Origin: Caldilineaceae bacterium | Lineage (GTDB): Bacteria > Chloroflexota > Anaerolineae > Caldilineales > Caldilineaceae | Length of the DNA stretch: 64,000 nucleotides | Reading direction: 5' to 3' | Assembly: GCA_965220715.1 (NCBI GenBank) | Contig: CBDCQZ010000002.1 | Span: forward strand, 9,332 to 73,331 | Shown: piece by piece, positions 54,414 through 61,723 of the stretch | Layout of the letters: each line of letters begins with the position of its first letter | How positions within the stretch are numbered: position 1 is the first letter of the stretch | Notes under the pieces: generated by a model | Database searches by the model: none | What the model saw: the letters and a program-made list of their open reading frames with translations, nothing else | What the model was told of the DNA's origin: nothing | Position numbers and translations under genes: made by a program

Positions 54414-54911
54414 ATGTTGAAATTCCTTGGCGTAATCGGGTTGGCTATTGTAGCACTAGGTCTTGTGGGCGTTATCTGTTCATCATCCAGTACGGCGGGG
54501 GTATCACGAGCAGAAACAACGCCCACACCCGCTTTAACATGGGAGCAGTGGCAAGAGAAAGCAGTAGAAATTTCCTATAACGATCTGTTCCGTTACGCTG
54601 AGACGCATGAAGGAGAAATCGTCTTCTATCGTGGCAAGGTCATTCAAGTCATTGAAGATGAAGGCGATTTCCAACTACGCGCCAATGTGACCAAAAACGA
54701 ATACGGTTGGAGCGATACCGTATTCCTCCGTTACAGAGATGCGCCAGTCCGCATACTGGAAGACGACATTGTTGCTTTCGTTGGGAGGATGAATGGCACT
54801 CTAACGTATGAAGCAGTGATGGGGAACAAGGTGACAATCCCCGACATTACAGTTCATATCCTACTCGTCAAAGATGAAAATAGTAAAGATGTCCCGTCAT
54901 TTGACTGGTAA
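54414..54911 (+). CDS. small membrane-anchored protein, passenger ORF
   Basis: GAGGAGGG RBS. MLKFLGVIGLAIVALGLVGVICSS TM segment. Confidence 0.5.
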   Translation: MLKFLGVIGLAIVALGLVGVICSSSSTAGVSRAETTPTPALTWEQWQEKAVEISYNDLFRYAETHEGEIVFYRGKVIQVIEDEGDFQLRANVTKNEYGWSDTVFLRYRDAPVRILEDDIVAFVGRMNGTLTYEAVMGNKVTIPDITVHILLVKDENSKDVPSFDW

Positions 54912-55048
54912 AGGAGAAACTATCATGGCAGAACAAGCGGGAGAGTCCAACAACAAAGTCGATATGGACATTATACATGCTGCCATCGACAAGGTGCTCG
55001 CCTACGGTCCAAGTCGGAAACAACGCAAGCCACGAAAGGGGATAGGTA

Positions 55049-55270
55049 ATGGCCCTGCCAAAGAGAAGACCAGAAAGCGGTCTGCCCGACGACCTGCTGG
55101 CCCTTCCAACTCTGTTCGCTGAATTTAGGAAGGAAATGAATCAGCGTCTAGGCAATATCGAAAACCGCCTAGAAAATATAGAGAGTGATTTGGCTAATGT
55201 CGATGGTAAGGTGGAAACAGTTAGTCTACGTCTTACCGAGATTGAGAAGAAGCTGCCCGTCTCTTACTGA
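55049..55270 (+). CDS. small coiled-coil ORF (uncertain; overlaps the alternative ORF 54926-55122 in another frame)
   Basis: ORF only, with a heptad pattern NIENRLENIESDLANVDGKVETVSLRLTEIEKKL. Confidence 0.3.
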   Translation: MALPKRRPESGLPDDLLALPTLFAEFRKEMNQRLGNIENRLENIESDLANVDGKVETVSLRLTEIEKKLPVSY

Positions 55271-56295
55271 TTAACAACGCCACCAGTTTCATTGCTGGTG
55301 GCGTTGTTTTGCCTTTCCTTTGCAATCAGTTCCTCGTAGGTTAGTCGTTTTCCGATTGCGCCTTCAATGATATGGTTCAGTCTAACCATCGTGTGATTTT
55401 TCACATTGCCTTCGTTCAGTCTGAACACGAATTCGTTTACGTACCGTCTCATATGTTTCTTGCTCCAGTGGTGATACACTCCGTTGTAGCCCCGCTTTAG
55501 CACCGCCCAAACGCTTTCGATTCCGTTTGTGTGCGCCATGTGGTTGACGAACTCTTTGGCGCTGTGCTTGACTGATTCGTGCCGGTAGAGTTCCTCTAGG
55601 CCCGTGTATGCGCCGTGTTCGTCCGTGTAGAGCGTTGCGCCCTGCTCGACAGTGTTCAGAACTTCTGTCTGAATCGTCTTGGAGCCGGTATCGTCAATCG
55701 GCTTGGCCGTTACCCGGCCCTCTCGCTCTCGCATCCCCAACACCGCCTGCTTGCCTACCGTGCCGCGCCCGGCGTTCAGTTTCTTTGATTCGTGCTTGTT
55801 GGATTCCTTACCGCCAATGTAGGTCTCGTCAATTTCGACCTCGCCATCCATGCGAACTGCTTCAATATCGCACGCTTCGCGCAGGCGATGAAGGAGAAAC
55901 CAAGAAGATTTTTGTGTAATGCCCAATTCCTTCGATAGCTGTAAGCTACTGATCCCTTTACGTGCTGTCTGAAGTAGATACATGGCATACATCCACTTAT
56001 GTAGAGGTATATGAGAACGTTCAAAGATTGTGCCAGTGCGGACCGTGAACTGCTTACGACAAGCGTTACACTGATGATATTGTGGCCTCTTGCTAAGGCG
56101 ATTCGTTTCTTCGCTATCACAATAAGCGCAGCGAACGCCATCAGGCCAACGTCTATTCTCTATACAATCAATGGCAGCCTGCTCGTCCGGGAACTGCTGA
56201 AAGAATTCGTAAGTGCTAATTGTGCCACCGTATTTATTGCTAGTCATAGTTGCGCCCTTTTCACTGAATCGTTTACGATAAATACAGTATAGCAC
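55264..56295 (-). CDS. IS1595-family (ISXO2-like) transposase
   Basis: N-terminal zinc ribbon CAYCDSEE...HQCNACRKQFTVRTGTIFE, HTH LQLSKELGITQKS, and EIDETYIGGKE of the DDE domain. The probable start is MTSNKYGG at 56247. Confidence 0.85.
   Translation of the reverse strand: MLYCIYRKRFSEKGATMTSNKYGGTISTYEFFQQFPDEQAAIDCIENRRWPDGVRCAYCDSEETNRLSKRPQYHQCNACRKQFTVRTGTIFERSHIPLHKWMYAMYLLQTARKGISSLQLSKELGITQKSSWFLLHRLREACDIEAVRMDGEVEIDETYIGGKESNKHESKKLNAGRGTVGKQAVLGMREREGRVTAKPIDDTGSKTIQTEVLNTVEQGATLYTDEHGAYTGLEELYRHESVKHSAKEFVNHMAHTNGIESVWAVLKRGYNGVYHHWSKKHMRRYVNEFVFRLNEGNVKNHTMVRLNHIIEGAIGKRLTYEELIAKERQNNATSNETGGVVNQ
55273..55308. terminator. 14-bp perfect stem-loop (AACAACGCCACCAG-N8-CTGGTGGCGTTGTT) between convergent genes
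   Basis: Read directly. It is followed by TT on the plus strand and preceded by the complement of TTAA. It overlaps the last codons of the transposase ORF. Confidence 0.6.
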
Positions 56296-56347
56296 AACTT
56301 GGCTGCTGAGTCAAGTATATAATTCCCATTCAATTATCTGTTCACGG

Positions 56348-57514
56348 TCAGCGTCCGAAGTCGAACTGTTTGCGGATATTTTCCCATGAGTTCATACAAT
56401 CCTCTTTCAAGTCTTCCCCCAATTCATTCTCCAATTTTACCCACGATCCTTCATGCTCACGCTCCAGATATGCCATCAACTTGTTCTTCAATTTTTTTTG
56501 TTCCTCCTTCTGCTCACTTGTCAAACCTCCATCAATATACTGACGACAACCCAGTTCCTCTTTCCTAAAAGAATGCTGCAATTTTATTGCAAACTTATCC
56601 CACAATTCATTATATTTCTTCAGTGAATAATTCCAGCTATATTCCAATTCTCTTAAAAGCAATTGTGTTCTTGCAACTCTGCAGTCGTCGTATGCGTTGT
56701 AAAACTGCGGATTATACTCAGTCGTTTTTTCGTACCACTCTATTGCACGTTTGAAATTTGCTTGCTGGTGAAAACTCTTACCCAAAGAATAAAGTCTCTC
56801 CGTCGTGAGCAAATATGGTCTATTGTGCGAATTGTAGCGGGCAAACCCGTCGAGATCGTTAAAAAGAGATTGTTCTCCGATACCAAACGATTTTTTCAAT
56901 GTCTCTCTGATGTTCCCCTTTTTATTTACTTCTATCTCAATTTCTTTGTAATCAACATTCCACTTTTCTATTCTTCCTTTTCCAAATAAGAAAGTGGATT
57001 GTTGAGAGACAATGCGATTGTTAATACTATCGGGCTTCCATTTCCACAATTTTCCCTGATCAATGAATGATTCAATTGGCTTGTCAATATCCTCATAGGA
57101 TATGGTAAAGAAATCAGTGGTATCACCTGTTTCCACCGCGACAACTTTTCCATCATAGCTGGGACATTCATAGCATGCGAACCAAAGAGCAATCATGGCA
57201 TTCTCGCTAAAATCAATCAGGCAGGTTGCCGCGCCATAATGTTGCAATTCTGCCAGCATCTCTAAATCAGAGAGGTTCTTGCTCTGCCTCTCCCGAAAGC
57301 CACGTAAGCTTGCATCATTCAATAATTCAACAGTATAGCCATGAATCATAGAGTCACTCGTGAACAATGATTCATTTTCCGATTTTTCTATTCTCCGATA
57401 CGCTGATGACGACACATCCCAGTTTGCCTTAGCCAGACCGCGATAGAGCATTATCTCGCCTTGCAAATCTTCTGTCCACTTAATAAATTCTTCGACGGAT
57501 CTTATTCTGTTCAT
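56348..57514 (-). CDS. FRG-domain protein with a TPR-like/helical C-terminal half
   Basis: GGGAGGGG RBS with ATG at 57514. MLYRGLAKANWDVSSSAYRR...LAELQHYGAATCLIDFSENAMIALWFAC matches the FRG pattern. AT-rich. Confidence 0.65.
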   Translation of the reverse strand: MNRIRSVEEFIKWTEDLQGEIMLYRGLAKANWDVSSSAYRRIEKSENESLFTSDSMIHGYTVELLNDASLRGFRERQSKNLSDLEMLAELQHYGAATCLIDFSENAMIALWFACYECPSYDGKVVAVETGDTTDFFTISYEDIDKPIESFIDQGKLWKWKPDSINNRIVSQQSTFLFGKGRIEKWNVDYKEIEIEVNKKGNIRETLKKSFGIGEQSLFNDLDGFARYNSHNRPYLLTTERLYSLGKSFHQQANFKRAIEWYEKTTEYNPQFYNAYDDCRVARTQLLLRELEYSWNYSLKKYNELWDKFAIKLQHSFRKEELGCRQYIDGGLTSEQKEEQKKLKNKLMAYLEREHEGSWVKLENELGEDLKEDCMNSWENIRKQFDFGR

Positions 57515-57639
57515 TTGTCCCCTCCCTTTACATTGTACATCGTACTTCGCTTGCAAAGCGGTCAACGCAACCCGCCATGCCCTCTGTAAGTCGTCACCGC
57601 TTAATCAAAGACGCCCCCTGCGTCTTAACCAGAACCGAC

Positions 57640-57843
57640 AAATCCGGCTTCTCACCCCAACATGTATGCGCACAGACATTTCTGTCTGTGCCGCCTGCAG
57701 AGTGATTTTGCCTCTGCCCATTGCGACCAACTCCTTGATATGCAGTCACATTGAAAAGTATCTTGCGCGCCGAAGATCTTCGGTATCAAAATGTCGAGCG
57801 CCTTCTCGCCGGTCGGATCTTCGACGAGGATTTCAAAATGCAT
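57640..57843 (-). pseudogene. degenerate 5-prime remnant of a DUF4276 gene (copy B)
   Basis: MHFEILVEDPTGEKALDILIPKIFGAQDTF, then homology to copy A decays with indels. Confidence 0.7.
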
Positions 57844-58486
57844 CCGATCGCCTCGCGTCCAGATAGTCGCTGTACCAGAGACCGCCCAGCGGCAGCCCCT
57901 CCCCGACCAGATTCCTGACGAGAGGATCGCCGCTCGCCCGGCGGATGGTCGAAAAGCCGTCCGCCTCCTTTTCCAGAATCCAGATCTCCTGCGGGTTGAG
58001 CGCATCCACGAAGTAGGGCTGATACGTCGTGACGAAGACCTGCGAACCGCCTCCGGGCCCGCTGGCGTGTTCGCGGAACTCGTCGGCCAGCGTCTCCAGC
58101 AGCTTGTGATACAAACCGTTCTCAGGCTCTTCAATGCAGAGAAACGGAGGAGGCGTCGGGTCTTCGAGCAGCAACAGATAGGCGAAGACCTTCAGCGTCC
58201 CGTCCGACATCTTCTGGGCATAGAAGGGGTCTTCAAAGCCTCTGTCGTTGAAACGGAGCAGCAGGCGGCCGTCACTTGTCTTTTCCGTGTCGATCCGGTC
58301 AATGCCGGGTATCTTCTCGGCGATACCCTTAAGAATCGCCCTAAAGCGCTGCGGATGCTCACGCTCCATGAACTGAACGACATTGCCGAGGTTGTCGCCG
58401 TGGATGTTGAGATGCGGTTGGGGACCGGCCAGCGGCAGGCCGCGCGCCGCGTCCGGCGTGAAATCGCTGAGTATGGTTGGCCCCAA
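57833..58486 (-). pseudogene. C-terminal half of the ABC-like ATPase (copy B), 5-prime truncated at the IS3 insertion
   Basis: FTPDAARGLPLAGPQPHLNIHGDNLGNVVQFMEREHPQRF...FLCIEEPENGLYHKLL parallels residues roughly 215-426 of copy A. The stop codon is mutated (TGA to CGA). Confidence 0.85.
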
Positions 58487-58521
58487 TCGTTAGACCACAA
58501 AATGGGGAAAATAAGGTGCAT

Positions 58522-59181
58522 TTAGGCGAATGCGGCCGGCTCTGAACAGAGCACGAAGTGCTCTTCCGCCGGTGTGCGATAGTTGAGACTTTGATGTGGT
58601 CTCTCATGGTTGTAGAAGTCGAAATAGGCGGTCAGCCCAGCGTGCAGCTGAGGTACCGTGTTATACTGGTTGAGATAGATGTCCTCATATTTGACGCTGC
58701 GCCATAGGCGTTCGCAGAAGACGTTGTCGAGGGCGCGGTCGCGCCCATCCATGCTGACTTGTATGTTGGCCGCGAGCAGGCAGGCGGTGAAGGCATCGGC
58801 CGGGAACTGCGCGCCTTGGTCGGTGTTGAAGAGCTTGGGTCGACCCTTGACGAGCGCCTGACGCAGGGCATCGAGACAGAAGCTACCGTCCAAGGTGTTG
58901 GAAAGCTGCCAGGCGAGCACAAAGCGGCTGTGCCAGTCGATGACAGCGACCAGGTACATGAAGCCACGCAGCAGCAGCATATAGGTGATGTCTGCACTCC
59001 AGACCTTGTTGACATGCGTAATCGGGAAGTTGCGCAAAAGGTACGGATAGCGCTTGTGCCCTTTGCCCGGAGAACTGCTGCTTCTCCTGGGGTAGATGGC
59101 TTGAATGCCCATCAGACGCATCAGCCGCCTGACCCGCTTGGCGTTGACAGCATAGCCCAGGCGACGCAGATACGCGGTCAT
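58522..59181 (-). CDS. IS3 transposase orfB portion (DDE integrase core)
   Basis: WSADITYM..., NTDQGAQF, ERLWRSVKYEDIYL...FYNHERPHQSL. Confidence 0.85.
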   Translation of the reverse strand: MTAYLRRLGYAVNAKRVRRLMRLMGIQAIYPRRSSSSPGKGHKRYPYLLRNFPITHVNKVWSADITYMLLLRGFMYLVAVIDWHSRFVLAWQLSNTLDGSFCLDALRQALVKGRPKLFNTDQGAQFPADAFTACLLAANIQVSMDGRDRALDNVFCERLWRSVKYEDIYLNQYNTVPQLHAGLTAYFDFYNHERPHQSLNYRTPAEEHFVLCSEPAAFA

Positions 59182-59221
59182 CTTGGGCCAACCATAGAAG
59201 GGCGTACGCAGAAATTGCTCG

Positions 59222-59680
59222 TCAATGTCGGCAGACCGACCGCTTTGCGAACAGCCGCATCAGGTCCAAGTTCAATGCCGACTCGGAAGCCGCTTGATAG
59301 TAGAAAGAGGCCCGATTAAGCCCCAGCAGTTGGCACTGCCGCCGTACACTCAGGGTCGCATGCTGGCTATCAACCATACCCCGTCTCTCACGAACCGAAG
59401 CGGGCAACTTTTTCTTCAGCCACTCAAGTTCCATCTTGAGCCGCCCGATCTGTTCATAGAGTTCTGCTTCCTGCGCCTCCTGCTCCCGTTGCTTGCGCTC
59501 GCCATTGCTGACGAAAACGCTGGGCCCGTCTTCAAGAAGTTGCCGTTTCCAAGCCCATATCATGTTGGGATGAATCTCGTGTTCACTGGACAACTGGCTC
59601 ATCGTCTTGCTGCCTTCAAGCGCTTCGAGCGCAATCCGAAACTTGTAGGCCGCCGAGTGTCGCCGCCGTTTCTTGACCAT
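59222..59680 (-). CDS. IS3 transposase orfA (HTH plus leucine zipper), reading through into the start of the orfB region
   Basis: MVKKRRRHSAAYKFRIALEAL...EIHPNMIWAWKRQL, LKMELEWLKKK. It continues in frame through VRRQCQLLGLNRASFYY. A 25-nt stretch then breaks the frame before IDEQFLRTPFYGWPKMTAYL. Confidence 0.8.
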   Translation of the reverse strand: MVKKRRRHSAAYKFRIALEALEGSKTMSQLSSEHEIHPNMIWAWKRQLLEDGPSVFVSNGERKQREQEAQEAELYEQIGRLKMELEWLKKKLPASVRERRGMVDSQHATLSVRRQCQLLGLNRASFYYQAASESALNLDLMRLFAKRSVCRH

Positions 59681-59772
59681 CGTTCTGCCCCTCCACAGGC
59701 CTGGTGAATTGCTCCATTATACACCTTCGCTTGTGGTCCAGTTTTTGGGGCCAAGCTCAAGGAGCCAAAACC

Positions 59773-60921
59773 TTGAAGAAGAAATATAAGTTCCCTCACT
59801 TTCGCTTGTTCATACTTGGGGCAGGATTTTCGAAGCCGGCGGGACTGCCACTCGGATGTAGACTATTCGAGAGTGTTCGCCATGAGATTGGGTGTCAGTC
59901 TCAAGTTCTTGAAAGGGAAATCGAAGAGTGGACAAAACTATATCCGCTAGAGAAGCTAGACCTAGAACGTGTATTGGCTTACAGCCACGGCCGACACTAT
60001 CTTCGCCTCAAAGGGCCAAAGGAGTATTACGCCGACGGAAGCGAAAGTATTGTTGCGGCGAGAAAGGCCATTCAGCAGGTCTTGATCAAATCCACACCGT
60101 CTTGCACACCATCTCTGTACCAAAGGTTTTCCAAGCATCTATCACCCAATGATGTTGTCTTAACCTTTAACTATGACACACTCCTGGAGCAATCGCTTGA
60201 CTCCATCAGCAAGCCATACTCTCTTACCCCTGAATGGTGGCTAAGTCGAGAATTGACTGAGTCGGGTTTTGAATATGTCGATCTGCTGAAACTTCATGGG
60301 TCAATTGATTGGTACGATCGAAAACACTACGATGACTCAGTTCGTTGGTTACGGGAAAATTCTACTTGCAATGTGACAGATAGGGATCCGATTTTTGGAC
60401 CCGCCCCATTGGTTCAACCAGTACCCCTTAACAAAGGTGAGACCGATACCGATTTGGGACAGAGGATCTTGCCGAGAGTTTTCCGCGTTCCAAATCATTT
60501 GGAGTTCTTCCCATTGGATAGCCATGGATATCCTTTCAATAGAGTAGTGCCTTTTATGCTCCCTCTTTCCCATAACAAGCTGCTTGGACATGATCCTATA
60601 CTTGACCTTTGGAAAAACCTTGATTACGTCGGAAACGAACTTACTTCGATTGTAATTATTGGGTATTCTATTCCTCAGTATGATAGCTATGCATATGAGA
60701 CAATCGGGCATCTCTGTCAACGGTATCAGTCGGGCGGCAGAAGGACTGGGTACGGCAATAGGCGAGTTCCGATTCAGATCATAACTTTGGCGGAATCGAC
60801 AACATCTGTCCTTAAGAGTTTACCTTTCTTGGACTCCTCTCGAACCCTAATTTGGCTCAAGGGATTCTCCAATGACTCTCTTGATTGGCTGGACTGGGGA
60901 GATGAAGATTTTACAGAGTAA
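59773..60921 (+). CDS. stand-alone SIR2-like (SIR2_2) domain protein, about 382 aa
   Basis: AAGGAG at 59759-59764 with TTG at 59773. FILGAGFSKPAGLPLG, VLTFNYDTLLEQSL, LLKLHGSIDWY. AT-richer. Confidence 0.7.
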   Translation: MKKKYKFPHFRLFILGAGFSKPAGLPLGCRLFESVRHEIGCQSQVLEREIEEWTKLYPLEKLDLERVLAYSHGRHYLRLKGPKEYYADGSESIVAARKAIQQVLIKSTPSCTPSLYQRFSKHLSPNDVVLTFNYDTLLEQSLDSISKPYSLTPEWWLSRELTESGFEYVDLLKLHGSIDWYDRKHYDDSVRWLRENSTCNVTDRDPIFGPAPLVQPVPLNKGETDTDLGQRILPRVFRVPNHLEFFPLDSHGYPFNRVVPFMLPLSHNKLLGHDPILDLWKNLDYVGNELTSIVIIGYSIPQYDSYAYETIGHLCQRYQSGGRRTGYGNRRVPIQIITLAESTTSVLKSLPFLDSSRTLIWLKGFSNDSLDWLDWGDEDFTE

Positions 60922-61007
60922 AAGTGCTTCATTTTATCGAGAAATTCCATTGACATGACCGATCACTGATCCGTTCAACTTCGACGAGGATTTCAAAGTG
61001 CATCCGC

Positions 61008-61526
61008 TCACCTCGCGTCAAGATAGTCGCTGTACCAGAGGCCGCCCAGCGGCAACCCCTCCTCGACCAGATTTTTCACCAGAGGATCGTCGCTGGCCCG
61101 GCGGATGCTCGAAAAGCCGTCCGCCTCCTTTTCCAGAATCCAGATCTCCTGCGGGTTGAGCGCATCCACGAAGTAGGGCTGATGCGTCGTGACGAAGACC
61201 TGCGAACCGCCTCCGGACCCGCTGGCGTGTTCGCGGAACTCGTCGGCCAGCGTCTCCAGCAGCTTGTGATACAAACCGTTCTCAGGCTCTTCAATGCAGA
61301 GAAACGGAGGAGGAGGGTCTTCGAGCAGCAACAGATAGGCGAAGACCTTCAGCGTCCCGTCCGACATCTTCTGGGCATAGAAGGGGGCTTTGCCGACGCC
61401 GTTCTTACCGATGACTGCCGTCATGTCGGTGAGTGGCTGGTTTTTCTGTTGATTCCAAAGGCAGCCCAGGGTCACATCCCTGAGCACCTTGAAATTCCTT
61501 ACTCTGAACCCCTGAATCTTGGCCAT
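61008..61526 (-). pseudogene. internally deleted ABC-like ATPase (copy C): the Walker A segment is joined directly to the C-terminal third
   Basis: MAKIQGFRVRNFKVLRDVTL...AVIGKNGVGK | APFYAQKMSDGTLKVF...FLCIEEPENGLYHKLL. About 250 codons are missing relative to copy A. It is followed by an 8-codon DUF4276 stub (MHFEILVE, 60980-61003). Confidence 0.8.
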
Positions 61527-61723
61527 TTTGCAGTCCTCATTTGCTATGCGGCAGGACAGGGATCACATCTCATGCGCACTTGTTACGAATCCCATTTGAC
61601 ATCAAGACTTTCCAACCTACTGGGGCGCAGGCGTCTCGCTTTCCCCTATCCAATACGGAATACTCAATTCACGAAGGAGAAGTAGCGGATCTTCGATGTG
61701 AACGCTCAGTCGTCATGCCAGAT

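Larger units (their letters stand above)
53757..56335 (-). mobile_element. IS1595-family element (about 2.6 kb) with passenger ORFs, bounded by inverted repeats
   Basis: TTATATACTTGACTCAGCA at 53771-53789 is the exact reverse complement of 56304-56322, with weaker matches extending outward. The interior is strongly AT-rich and holds one transposase plus three small ORFs. Confidence 0.65.
58491..59740 (-). mobile_element. IS3-family insertion sequence (1250 bp) with imperfect terminal inverted repeats
   Basis: The ends are TAGACCACAA... at 58491 and ...TTGTGGTCCA at 59740. It contains orfA and orfB. No matching flanking target duplication was seen. Confidence 0.8.

Noticed and set aside
57611-57631. 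Short hairpin AAGACGC-CCCCT-GCGTCTT upstream of the FRG gene.
   Set aside because: The stem is only 7 bp with no U-tract, and it lies in pseudogene debris. This is insufficient to call a terminator or regulator.
61565-61696. About 130 extra bp in the leader of ATPase copy C, containing AAGGAGAAGTAG identical to the RBS region at 15565-15576 (possible MITE or small ORF).
   Set aside because: Only a 12-nt match. There are no terminal inverted repeats and no convincing ORF after it.
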